Below the pieces are notes generated by a model. The model was given only the letters and a program-made list of their open reading frames with translations, searched no databases and had not been told where the DNA came from. Below are positions 39,816 through 59,926 of a stretch of DNA of 64,000 bases, one piece after another. A program made the translations under genes and the position numbers. Position 1 is the stretch's first letter; each line of letters begins with the position of its first letter. Location: assembly GCF_009914755.1 (NCBI RefSeq), contig NC_060931.1. The stretch is one strand, 5' to 3'. This DNA is from the human T2T-CHM13v2.0 reference genome, Homo sapiens.

Positions 39816-40769
39816 AATGACAAGCTAGCTATGCATTGTAGTTTTATAGCAATTCTCACTGTAGTTTGTGTGACTCTGTGATCAGAGCTTTTTTTTTTTT
39901 TTAATGCTTAGCTGTTATTCACATGAAGATTTTCTAACTTGCTTTGTCAGTTTTGTACTAGAAAACCCAAAGAAGAAATGGGAGCCAATTTTGACATATA
40001 AAAATCAAACACTTAAATCAAATTGAACATTTTAAAATAATGGTCGGAGGCTAGTTGTGGCTTTCTCAAAGGCTCCCAGTGTTTGAGTCTAGCAACTTAG
40101 TTGAAACTTAGTAGAATCTTCTGTGTGTCTCACTCAGCAGGGAAAAAAAAAGGGTTCTCTTTTACCTTCACCGTATTTCTGTTTTTAATTGATGAGATGT
40201 TTTTCCACTCTCCCACAATCTCTTGTTCCTCCTTGCAAAAGCCTTCACTGCTGCCTAATTTTCAATAGGAAAAGTTATTGTCCTGTTTCTCTTTTTGTCA
40301 CAGCTGCCAAATTAGAATTACTCTGCTGCCTTTAGGGTTTGTGAACTTACATACATCAGTATATTTGCAGTCTTCTTTTCCCTCTATAATCCTAATTTCT
40401 AATTTTTGTTTTGTTTACTCTTTTGACAGTAATTTTAGTTATATTATATTTCAAAGCTTTTATGGACAGAAACAAGTTATAAATAAGCCAATTAAAATGT
40501 CTGGGTATGTTTATGTGCTGGTCCCTGAAATATCACTAGGGATGTTGTGGAGGACTCAGATGAAGGATCAGACCTTCCATGCTCCTGAAGAGTTGATAGT
40601 AATATTTGTTGAATGAAGCCAGTGTAGATCTAGGAGGCTGGATGTGCTCCAGATCATCCTGTCCTTTTCCAGGGATCGTGATGGCTGTCTGTTATTCAGA
40701 AAATAGCTCACAATCTTTTTTCAAATATGAGAAGCTCCTTTTTATGTCAAAAGATACTGTAGACCTTTT

Positions 40770-41150
40770 ACCAGCCAGGATAGGGTAGGCTATGTGGCAA
40801 TGACAAACAACTTCAAAATGCTAGTAACTTATAAAACCATCAGTTTTGTCTCTAGGTCACTCTACATATCTGTCCTGAATCAGTGAAGGCCACTGATCAT
40901 TGTGGCCACTCTGGCAGCCACCATCATCTCTGATCGCTGAAGCAGAAGGAAGAGTGGAATGCTGGAGAATCTCTCACTGATAGTTCAACTCTGGCTCAGA
41001 AGTCCTCACTTCCACTCACAACTCATTCCCCAAAGCTGGTCACATGGCCCCACCCAGCTCCAAGGGGGCCTAGACGTGCAACCCTTGCACAGGCTCAGAA
41101 GGTGGGGAGAACTGGAAATATTGGCCACGCGGCACTAATGCGCATCATAG
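40770..41150 (-). mobile_element. MLT1 (MLT1J-like) LTR
   Basis: gtaggctatgtggcaatgacaaacaac...ggtcacatggccccaccca. Confidence 0.7.
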
Positions 41151-41292
41151 AGGTGCCTGCACGGTGGTGGTTGTCAACTTTTAACATTTTTGGCTTGAGA
41201 AAATACATAATGATAAAAAGTTACTATGAATTTGAGTAATACTTAAATTTAAAAAATTATATTGTATTAATCATATTAATAACTAAGTAAAT

Positions 41293-41504
41293 AAGACAAA
41301 CTTTTTATAAGAATTAGCACCAGGAAAAAAATAGTTAATACTAGAATTATTTTTAGTGAGCAAATTCGCTTTGAGAAAACAGCCTGATGATTCTTATAAA
41401 AAGACAAACTTTTTATAAGAATTAGCACCAGAAAAAAAAACAAACAGCTAATACTAGGATTATTTTTAGGGAGCAAATTTGCTTTGAGAAAACAGCCTGA
41501 TGAT
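41293..41504 (+). repeat. Two-copy ~100-bp tandem duplication
   Basis: aagacaaactttttataagaattagcaccag...gagaaaacagcctgatgatt occurs at 41293-41392 and 41401-41504. Confidence 0.92.
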
Positions 41505-41590
41505 TACGTGGAGGGGATGGCAGGAATGTGAGGCAGGCACTGCTCTCCATAACACAGAGGATAGGATTTGGAGGTTTAAGAGACACTGCA

Positions 41591-42082
<492 letters not shown>

Positions 42083-42699
42083 CTAAAGGAGACAAGTTTC
42101 ATGCTGGGTTGAAGTAGCAAATGTCTTAGACAGCCTGCAAGGATGCAGGGGGCTTCAAGTAGAAGAAGACTAGAGAATGCAAGCTGCTCAAAAATTTGCA
42201 GAAGTCTTAGAGAAGGCTTTAGGCAGCCAGGACATAAAGTGACAATTTTATGGAACCCTTGAAGGTTCCCAGCTGACGTTTTTGTTAATTAATACTATGT
42301 ATTATCATTAATATTATTTTTAAATGCACTGAAATCAGTTTGTACATTGATTGATTTAATATTTATTGATTGCAAACAAGACAATGAACATGATAAACAA
42401 GATTCCTGCCACCTATAAATCTTATCACTCAAAAGAGGCAGAAGTCAAATATATATGGAAATAGACTTACATTATTTATTTATTCTACAACAATGCTCAA
42501 TGGTTACAGATTTATAGACCCCCAACCCATAGGGTCTGTGGGTTGGGAAACATAGGACCAAGAATTTAGACGATTCCATAGCAAGACTGACATGGAAAGA
42601 CCTAAGCATGCCTACACCAAATTCAATGCTTCTCTTTTCTGAGAGTGCTGAAAGGCTAGTTTTCTTAATTTCCAGTGCCCTAAGAGACCCTGCCAGATT

Positions 42700-45431
<2,732 letters not shown>

Positions 45432-45750
45432 CTATGAGATTTTTCGGGAGTGAAAGGTAGGTGAGATCAATAAAATTATTTTTTAAATAACACAGAGTAA
45501 GTGCTAGCTGCTCAATAGCATTTTGGGGTTAAGCACGTAACATGCATTATCTTATTTAATCCTTAAAAAATTTTAAGTTCAAATTTAGGCTTAGAAAGTT
45601 TAAATAATTTTTCAAGGGTCACATGGCTGTGAGGAATTGGAACTCCAACATAGATCTGAAGGCCTTGTTCCAAAACCTGAGATTTTTAAAAACCGTGCTG
45701 TATATTGCAAAAGCAACAGCTATTTTAATTTTTTGTATTAAGAATATCTA

Positions 45751-46057
<307 letters not shown>

Positions 46058-46061
46058 GAAC

Positions 46062-48581
<2,520 letters not shown>

Positions 48582-48730
48582 GAACGTAAAGCCTAGAGGA
48601 AAAAACAGTTTTCACTGAATGGTGTTATTCACATTTCATTTAAAGCCTATTCCAAAAGGATACCAAAGTCTTTCTTTACCTACAGTTAACATAGCAGTCT
48701 TACAGAAAGCTGTTTAATATACATGGTTAA

Positions 48731-49070
<340 letters not shown>

Positions 49071-50919
49071 GGAATGACCCACTCTTATGGATCATTCTGC
49101 TTTAAAATGTTTTTACGTATGATACATATAACATAAAAAATTTTTTAGCCTTTTAATTAATAGATATATATGTATATATTATATATAATACATATTGATG
49201 TACACTTTATTTTTATATACAAATTACATAATTATACATATTCCACTATGTATACATGGTTATTAATACTCTGAGTGTTAACAGTGGCTAAATCAGAATA
49301 ATTTTTATTTTATTTCTTTTACAGTTACTTCTTTTAAAAGTTGTAACATTCCAAAAAGAACAGTTCTTTTTAAGCTGAAAGACACAGGAGGCTAAATTTG
49401 TTTCTCCAATGTAGGTTTATAATGAAAAAATTAAGTGAGATATTTTTATCTGCAACCTGAAAAACAGTAATAGTATTGATAAAGTTATTTGGAGGATTTT
49501 ATTTGTGAAAACTGTCAAATCCAATTAGCTTGATCTTTAGCAGTTATCTAAGTGTAAGGTGAAAATAAACAACAATTTTAGTATGGTAATCAGGTGCAAT
49601 TATACCATGCGTTTATTTTAGAAATGGGTGTCGTCAACTTCCAAGTCTATTTCAGCGAATCCTGGTTTGCGTGCTGAAGTCAAAATGTGGTGCTGTTTGG
49701 CCCAGAGTTTCCTAGCCCCTCCCATTTCTCCTTTCGCAATCCTGGCGGTCTGGTACCCCTGGAACCCTTCATTAATAAGCAGCATTCTTTCCATAGTAAG
49801 GTTCTGCTCCTTTGAAAATGCCCAACGGTTCTTGTTCTTACCATACAACTCTAACATGTTAACATGCATCTTAAGCAAGACCTTAAATACTGACTTCCAC
49901 ACAGCCACACTTCAGCTACATTCTCAGTATTTCCTTTTTATTTGTTAGCTGTAAAACTGAACAAATGGGACTGAGGGACTTTGGCATGGCTCCAAATCAG
50001 AGAGAAACGCATCCCGAATTGGCCCTTTGCCCAAAGGTATAATTTTCAGCTGTGAGTTGCCCTTAATTTTGAAAATCATCTTTGTAGCTTCAGATTTTCC
50101 AGAGCAGTAGAAGCATTGTGTTTGCTCTCCAGGCGACCAGCACTGAGAAACAAAAATAAAAACACAGTATCTTGCTTTTTTTTTGCATCAAATCAGATTT
50201 CTTTCGCTAAAGGATTCAACATATTAAGAAAATTCCAGTATAAACGATATAAATACCTTGTCCCTGCCGGCCATAAGTATCTCTACAGTATGCAGATTTC
50301 TCCAGGTCATTTGATTTTGGAACAGATCATCCTTTCAAGTTTGGTACTGATATATTTTAAAACTAGATTTCTCTGCATTTATGAATAGTAGAAGTACTTA
50401 GCATCAGTTTCAATTATGTTGTTGTAAATAAATTACTCTGTGATTAAGGATAACAATTGACAATACACTTATTTAGTAAACATGTATGCCTGTATGTATA
50501 AAACATCAACATATGCTAATGCACAGTATTTTATAAGACTGCTGAGCATAGGGACTTTCCAACCAGCATGCTGATATTTGTTTCTATGAATAAAGTCTTC
50601 TAATATGTCTTAAATTCCACTGGGCAAATGATAGTTTTAATCAATTAAGATCCATGCTTCTCTAAGAAGATAATGCCTGTAAGAATGTGAGTAATTTTTA
50701 TAGTAGCCATTTTGTTTTTTGTATTTATTAGCTGTAAGATGTGATATTTTTTCTATTTTATCAAGTTCAGCTTATATCTGGCAATTCAATTGTTAAAAAT
50801 CTGATGGAATTACATCAGCTAATCTTACATATTGTTTATCCCCCAAATTGCAAAACAACCATACAAAATAAAGAGAATTATATGCCTTTTTTTAAATTAG
50901 TTCTGCGACAAATACATAT

Positions 50920-51170
50920 TGTGGTATTTGGAATCAGACATACCTGGTTTCTAACACCCAGATTAAGGAATTAAATCTATGCAGAAAACACCAGTAACTG
51001 CCAATATTCTGACACATTAGCTCTGTGTGCCTGGCATATACTCCCTGAGCCTCAATTTTCTTATTTGAAAACATTGAAAAATATTTATTTTTTGCAATAT
51101 TGTTGTGGGGAGCCATGAGATAGTATGTGACTAGGTCTAGCACAGGACCTGACAATATTCAAAAATTTAG
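50920..51170 (+). mobile_element. MIR SINE
   Basis: ggaatcagacatacctggttt...ctccctgagcctcaattttctt...ctagcacaggacctgaca. Confidence 0.7.
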
Positions 51171-52251
51171 TTGCAGTTTTTCTCTTCAGATTATTTAAGG
51201 AATATAATCTTATTATAGAAAATTGAAAAAAAAGTAGACAAAAATTACTATTGTCATACCACACACTGTTTTTCTTTCCTATCATGGTTGTTTGTAGTTG
51301 AGGTATTGTTCAATATAAAATTTTACATTTTGCTTTATTTCAATTTACTTTATAGCACCAGTATTTTCTCATGTTATGACATGCTCTTCATAAACAACAG
51401 TTTTAGTGCCTTTGTACCATTTCCCTATTGTTGGATAGGCGATTTCCAATGTTTTGTATTGTAGACAGTGGCATGATAAATCCCTTTGTTTCTAACTTTT
51501 GTATTTCTGATTATTCTCTCAGAATAGATGATATTTGTCCCATCTGTTGTTTCATGTTTCTACCTTTTCTGCCTTTTTTGCATTAATGATTTTTTTTATG
51601 ATTCCATTTTGTTTCCTTTACTGGCTCACTTGTTATAACCTGTTTTTTTTTAGTGAATGTTTTGGTGTCTGTGGTATACATCTCATACTTATCACAGTCT
51701 ACCTTCGTTAAGTTTAGAACTGCATGTATAGTAGGACTTTAAAATAGTATTTTTCCCTCCCTCCATCCTGGCCTATGTGTTATTTTTGTCCTATACTTTT
51801 CCTCTATGTATGTTACAAACACCACAATACACATTTTAATTTTTGTTTTAAATAATCAGTTCTCTTTTAAAGGTATTTTAAAAGTAACAAAAACGTGTTT
51901 TCTATTTAATCACATATTTACTATTTCTGTTACTCTTCATTCCTTTGTGTAGCATCAGATATTTATCTGGTATCATTGCTCATTTTTCATCAGCCCAAAG
52001 GACTTCCTTTAACATTTTTTTGTGGTGCATATCTGCTGGCGATGCGTTCTTTCACCTTTTGTATGTCTGCAAAAGTATGTATTTAGCCTTCCCTTTTGAA
52101 AGTTTTTTTGCTGGGATAAGAATTCCAGGTTGATGGGTTTTTTCCCTTTTCTTTCAGTAGTTAAATATGTTGCTCCACTGACTTCTGGCTTGGATGGTTT
52201 CTGATAAGAAGTTCATTGTAATTCTTATCTTTATTCCTCTCCATGATGTGA

Positions 52252-52617
<366 letters not shown>

Positions 52618-53483
52618 TAAATATGTTACTTGATGTAGTTTTCTTCAGGTTGTGTCTGGAGTTTGATGAACATGAACCTGTGGGTTTGTAGTTTTCATCA
52701 AATTTAGAAAATTTTCAGCCAGCACTACTTCAAATATTTTTTTCAGATCCCTAGTCCTAACCTCTGGAGACATCAGTTACATGTACATTAGGCTATTTCA
52801 AGTTGTCTCACACACATTGATTCTGTTCATTTCTTTTAGTCTTTTTCATACTGTATTTCATTTTGGATAATTTCTATTGCTGTGTCTTCATATTCATGAA
52901 TCTTTTATATTGTCTGAACTGCTATAATCTCATTCTATGTAATTTTCATCTTAGACATTGTAGTTTTCATCTCTAAAAGTTCTATTTGGGTCTTTATATC
53001 TTATATGTCTCTACTTAACATGCTCAATCTTTCCTTTCTGTATGGAATATAGTTATAATAATTATTTTAAAGTTATTATCTACTCTTATCATCTATGACA
53101 TATTTAAGTCTCTGTTGATTAATTTTCTCCTCATTATGAGCCATATTTTTCTGCTTCTTTGCATGGCTAGTAATTGTTACTGGATGCCAGACATTGTGGC
53201 TTTTATCTTGGTGAGTGGTAGATGTTCTTGTGTTTTCATAAATATTCTTAAACTCTGTTCTGGGATGCAGTTAAGTTACTTGGAAACCATTTTATTCTTT
53301 AAAATCTTGATTTTAAGCTTTGTTAGGTGGGATCAGGGCAGTATTTAATCTAGGGCTATTTTTCTTCCCACTGCTAAGACGATAGCCTTCAGAGTACTCC
53401 ATGCAATGCCCCATGAATGACATGACATGGTTTTTCATTTTGTTGTTGGGAACATGAATTATTCCAAGTCCTCCATTAGTTTT

Positions 53484-53711
53484 ATTTTACTTTATTTTAT
53501 TTGTGGGACACCTTTTTTTGGTTAATTGAGCAACTATTATGTGCCAGTTCCCCTGCTATGTAATGTTGATTCTTTCTGATTTGCACAAAAACTCTCTGAT
53601 GTCAGTGGTATTATATATCCATTTTTCTGATGAAGAAACAGGTTCAGAGAGCATAAATGATTTGCCTAAGATCACACAGCTAGGAAATAGTGGTGCTGAG
53701 TTTCAAATCTG
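53484..53711 (-). mobile_element. MIR-containing insert with A-rich tail and 8-bp TSD
   Basis: Antisense MIR at 53522-53711, a short spacer, and a T-rich tail at 53484-53502. ttagtttt occurs at 53476-83 and 53712-19. Confidence 0.6.
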
Positions 53712-56700
53712 TTAGTTTTGAGAAGTGTTCACTCTAATCCTTTCAGATGGTTCTTTCCCCAACCTTGGGCAGTTTCTTCACATATGTGCTGATCGCCATG
53801 CAGCTGAAGACCAACCAAGGTTTCTTTGCAGTTCTTCATAGCTGTCTCTGTATGCAGCTTTCTTCTCTCCACTATTCTCCCCTAAGAACTGTAGCTACCT
53901 TGGCCTCCCCAGAATACCAGCAGTGGCTCCTCAACAAATCTAGGGTTTTGGCCTCTGCCTACTTTCCCCTCCCTTGCACCATGGCCTGTAATCTGTCTCT
54001 GGGAAGTTCGCTAATGTAATTGTATGACTTACCTCATTTGTCTTCCCTCTCTCAAGAACCACTGTCCTGTGCTGTCTGTTGTCCAATGTCTAGAATCATC
54101 GATTAGTATATCTTGACCAGGTATTTAGTTGCTTCGTGTGTGTGTGTGTCTGTGTGTGTGTGTAGGATTATATCTGGTTCCTTTCATTCCATCCTGGCTG
54201 GAAATGGAATTCCTCTCAGAATAGGTTTTTTAGGAATTATATGTAATCTTTAAAAACAAATATACTCATCAGGAATTCTAAGTATAATATCAATAACACA
54301 TAAGATAAATAACAAAATTTATTTTTTTCCAGTTGAAATAGCTAAGAATTTAACTTTATCCAGGTTCTACTAATGACTATGATCAAGTTTGTTCTGAACA
54401 TTGAAACTCACTTTGAAATGAAAGTCTGTTATATGCTATGGTATGTGTTACAGTTTATTCTGAGTTTGCCCTTTTAATTTTATGCTCTTACAAAACATCC
54501 CAAATCATCCATTTGGGAGAGAAGTGGATAAATTTCACCAACATTTTCCCTAGCACAATACCTGTCACCCAGAAGGCATGTGATAAGTAATAGTGAGAAG
54601 AATGAGTAAATAAGATTCTAAACATACGAAGAAACACTACTAATTTTAAGACGAAGGCAATACGGCTAAGTTTACACACATACACAGACAGAGAATTCAA
54701 CTAAAGTCCAACATAAGAAAATCTAAATATTTTAATAAATATTATCGGGTAATTTGTTTCAATGAAACATTACCGGAAGAGGAGAACGTATAGGTTCAGT
54801 CGGCAGAAACAGAGTATGTTATTCACGAATTCAGTGAAGACCTTGGGAGGAATGGGTTAGCAAAGGAGACTACTTAGTGCGTACATCCTTCAAAGTAAGC
54901 TTCACGTGAGCCCAGAACACAACTGCAGTTCAGATAGTGGAGCAGATGCAACACACAACTGTGTAGGCACCACTTTCCACTGCCACAATTCTAGAACCCT
55001 GACTCATGATCATAATATTAAAATGGACAAATGCCATATGCAAACAAATTCAATTGTAATTGGTGATAGAGAAACATACAGTGTCACGTTCTCTACCTTG
55101 GGGAAAAGTCTGGGGAGTGGGTGGAGTGGACATGTGCAATGGCAAAAAGACAAGAGCATGAAGAGTGGTCTTGGATTGCAAGTAAAAGTGATTTCACAGG
55201 CAGCACGTAAACCCCTTGGTTCTGTAATGTTTTATTTCTCCCAGTGGTGGTGTTACAGTCAGTGTTTTCATGAACTCCTGTCACCTTCTCAGTTCTTGTG
55301 GTGGCTGTTACTGATTAAAAGAAGATACTAGGATTGGGAGATGATAGAACTCTTTCTCCTGGTGTGGTAGATTTTTAAGAACTAGATTGAGGGTCTAGAA
55401 ATCGTAGCAACTTGCTGTCTTGTTGGTTGGTGCCACAAACAGAACCCATGTAAGCTTATAACTTCATGTAAAAGATGTTAATCCACTCTGAGTTGGCTTG
55501 CCGTAAAACTCTGCTAAGTATTGAATGGTATAAACCCAGACCGCCAGATCTTTTTAAAAGCATAAACACCCAGAGATTCAAAATAAATTAAGAGTAGCTT
55601 ACACTCTGAGAAACTCAAAATACATTTCCAGATCCTTCTGATAGGTATTTTTCATCACAGCCTGGGATGCACAAGCGCATAATTGTGGAAGTCCACACTA
55701 CTTCATGTTCTCAAATGTCTTCTCTGATATCTTCTGAAACCTTGAGAGTGTGGGAAACAAACCTAATTTAATCAATATACTAGTTCACCCCTTGGAATAC
55801 CCTATTAGCAATCTTTCTAGGGTGTCTTAAATAAGATGTAGCCATTCATGATTTAAAATAAATATTGAATTTATATTTACTATAAGGCAAATAAGGAAAC
55901 TTCTTGAACATCATAAAGATAATTTATCTGGAACCAAGAGCAAAAATTATAATAGGGGAAAAATGATTAAGGTATTCACCATTAGATTAATAACAATAAG
56001 ATGCCTATTATCATCATTACGTTTTAAAACATTTTGAAGTTGCAAAGAAATGTCACAATACAAGAAAACAAAATGAGCAGTCTAAATATTAGAACAGAAT
56101 TATTATTTACTGCTGATATGATTGTATAATTTTATACCTACAAAGTACAAGAGTATCTGTTTTAAAACTATTAATAAAGCTAACAGAAGTTATTACATTG
56201 TTGGAGTACAAAAAAAACACATGAGAATCAATAGCTTCCCATCTGCTAGATAGAACCAGGAAAAAATTGAAAGGAACAAAAATAAGAGCTCATTCATAAT
56301 GGCTACAGAAACTATAAACTACTTTTGAATAAATTTGATTAAAAAACAAAATATACATAAAAAGAAATACAGTGGAGTCATATCATATGCCCATTTAGCA
56401 TACACAAATTAAATTTCATTTACTCCATGCAGCACATGTTTCTGTTATTTTTTTTTAAGACATGTATATTTCATGCAATAGAGCTCCCCAATGCAAGCCA
56501 ACTCCTTCACTGGGTATGCAACTTATGAAATGGTAATCTATTTCAGTACTGGAAGGAAAAGCGGTGTTGAATTTATTGTAAGATAATTACATCTGTATAC
56601 TGTTCTTCAGGGGCAATTTGAAGAATTTTCAAGGATAATTTTGACTATAAGCAATTGTCCCCTCTAATGCTGGTTTTGGAAACCAGCTCCTGGCTGAGAT

Positions 56701-57719
56701 GAGACTCCAGCGTGGACGCAATTTTTCTGAACGATATAAGATAGGACCAGGACAAATGGACTTAGGCGTTGTAAACATTTGGATTTCTAATATTAAAATA
56801 AAGTACACAGAAGCTTCAAAAGAAGCAGAAAACCGTCAAACTATGCTCCCTCCCGCTACTCATTACTGGAGGCATCCTAAGGCGGAATGCTTAGAACTGC
56901 CAGACATCTGCCTTTCCTTTATTGCTTTTTTTCCTGGCTAATTGAGTTAGAGAATCTCCACTATTAGGAAAACGTGCCTGACTCCAGACTTTAGAACTAT
57001 TACAGCCCTCTGTAAATAAGACTTCAGGTGGAAAAGGTGGAGCATGCCGGTTTCCTCTAACTGGTATGTATGTTTAGAATATTAGAGGCTGGACCTGTAT
57101 TCCAAGACGCCGGTGATGCTTGGATGCTTTAGTGTATGAGTGAAGGGAAAGATCACGTAAGGTGTAAGAGCTCACAGGGACTGGGCAAAATTAGAGAACT
57201 CCCAGGGCAAAGTGTGAAGAAGGTTAAAGCTCTCCTGAGAATGCTCTACCACTTCATCACTTTTGGAAGATATTTGTGTATTTGTACTGGAAGAGGAATG
57301 TTACGTGACTCCCTGTCTATCTTCTACCTCGGGGATAACAGAAGCCCCTAAAATTTGTCAGCCAACTGAATGTTGTGCATATACCCTGGGGGCTACCATT
57401 ACAGGGGAAAATGCATCCTGGTTGGCTATGGCAGGAAACAATGTAATGCAAATGTTGCTCTTCCCCAGATGAATATAGACATATAATGCAATTACAATCC
57501 AAATCCCAACTGTCCTTTCTGTTCGCTTGTTTTTGGAACTGGACAAGTTAGTTCGAAATATATGACAGTTGTCAAGAGAACTTTGAAAAATAACTAGTAA
57601 GAGGTATTTACTCCATCTGCTATAAATAGATACTGAAAAGGCTGCAATAAAAATCCTATGGTACTGGAATAGAAATAGCAAATAAATCATGAGAATATAT
57701 AGTAAACATCTCATTGAAA

Positions 57720-58215
57720 TCATTCAACAATAAATGATTTATTGGGCACATACTGTGTGTCAGACACTATGCTAGTCACTGGTTAAAGAGCTGTGAACAA
57801 TACACAGCCACTGCCTTCAGGCAGCTCAGTCTATAGAGGGTGAACTACAGATTGAATATTTACAAAGTATGAGACATGCCATAGAGGGAGAATAAAATAT
57901 GCTATGAGATGCAGCATAGAGTGATCCATCCTAATGTGGACCCAAGAGAAGCCTCTCTGAGAGTGTGCCTGGAAGGATCACTCACTAGGGAGCCAGGTTA
58001 AGGAGGGAACTGGCAGGAGGACGTGATCCTGCTGGGAACCAGCCCCATTCGGGAGGTTTTGGCACATTTGAACATCGGGAAAGCCTGTGGTGGGCATGTA
58101 AGAGAAGCTCAAAAAGTGAATTTGTTTAGGGGCAGATTGTGCAGGGTCTAGAGAGACTGACAGGATTTCTAATTTTCTCTTAAGAGCAATGGAAAACCCT
58201 TGAAAGTTTTATCAA
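57720..58215 (-). mobile_element. L2 LINE 3' region
   Basis: tttattgggcacatactgtgtgtcagacactatgctag...gagcaatggaaaacccttgaaag. Confidence 0.75.
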
Positions 58216-58894
58216 ATGTCTTTGTCTTTCTAATATTGTTGATTTATAAATTTTAATGCAATGTCAATTGGTAAATGATATATCTCTGTATCTCTTTGAT
58301 ACAGAATAAAATTTTAGCAAATATAAATGGATATTTCTTATCAAGTACAAAAGTACTAATATCCGTATTATCAATGGAAAATATTTCTTTTATTTTGATT
58401 TTTTCTTTTTCTGAACTTACTAATTTCATTTGCATTGTTTTCATTAGCTTTTATATGGTATACTTTGCCTAACAATTCTCTCCCGATTTATATATTTACA
58501 TGTGTATTGTTGTTACTTTCTTTTTTCTCTCTAGTTTTTATTTAAAGGATTGGAAAACCTTCTCTGTTTTGTTTATTTCTTCAAATAAGTTTTTTTTAAC
58601 TTTTTAACATAGAGAATGTGAAACGTACACGAAATAGAATTATATAACAAACTCCCATGTGTGAAAATGGTATTATGGCTATGTTAAACAGAGAGGCCTT
58701 ATCTTTAGTGATACATACTGAAATATTTATGGATGAAATGCTATGTTGTTTAGGATTTGCTTTAAAATAATATTTCTTCAAATAGTTTGATGCGGGGCTT
58801 ACACAAGAGTGAGACACATGAGAAAACTTGAGGGCAAATTTACAAAGGAGACAACAACTCAGTAGTCAAGATAAATAATATTTTCATGCATTAA

Positions 58895-59201
58895 AATCAT
58901 ACCCCAAATAACAGAGTTTTTGTCAATGATAGACCACATATACAACAGTGGTCCTATAAGATTATCATGGAGCATATGTAGAAACCTGGTATATGGCATT
59001 TGGTATTGCCACTGCAGGTCAAGTAGGAAAAAGGATTGATATCCAGTAATGGTGCTGGGACATTGGTTTTCCATAGGAAAAATAAATAAATACAAATAGA
59101 TATACCACCTAGATTTGGGTAAGTACACCCTATGTTTGCACAATTATGAAATCACCTAATGATGCATTTCTCAGGATGTATTGTTAAGTGGTGCATGACT
59201 G
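58895..59201 (+). mobile_element. MER47-like (Tigger-derived) DNA transposon
   Basis: gaccacatatacaacagtggtcctataagattat...gatgcatttctcagg...gcatgactg followed by TA. Confidence 0.75.
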
Positions 59202-59629
59202 TATATAAAAAAACAAAATCAATGCAAAAAATCCATAATGAACAATATATGAAAAATAAGTAAAAATAAGTAAACACAGGATTCCTATCACAGGATGTTT
59301 CACACCCTGCCTCACTTGCGTCATCCTAGTCCTAGCCCTGGTTCCAATAAGACTTTATTTATAAAAACAGCCAGCTAGCCCTGAGGCTACAGTTTGCTAA
59401 TTTGATTTTAGTTTTGCATTGAGCATATTAGAATTTAACTTTTTCTTTGAACAACCAGAATGTAATAATGTTTGCAACACTATCCCCAAAGAACATTAAT
59501 ATGCTTTACTTACCTTCTACCTGCCCTCTTGCCTATCATCTTCATAACTCAGAATTGAAGTTTCAGTATCCTTTACTTAACATCTTCTACTTCTAAGTAA
59601 GAAAGACTTCTTCTTATTGTTATTGTTAA

Positions 59630-59926
<297 letters not shown>

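Noticed and set aside
41385-41500. Box C/D snoRNA (TGATGA...CTGA with internal hairpin)
   Set aside because: Both boxes are the same CTGATGA word repeated by the tandem duplication. There is no terminal stem and no purine before box C.
49618-49948. Overlapping 96-aa and 106-aa ORFs on opposite strands
   Set aside because: No recognisable domain or splice context, and non-ATG starts. The lengths are within chance expectation.
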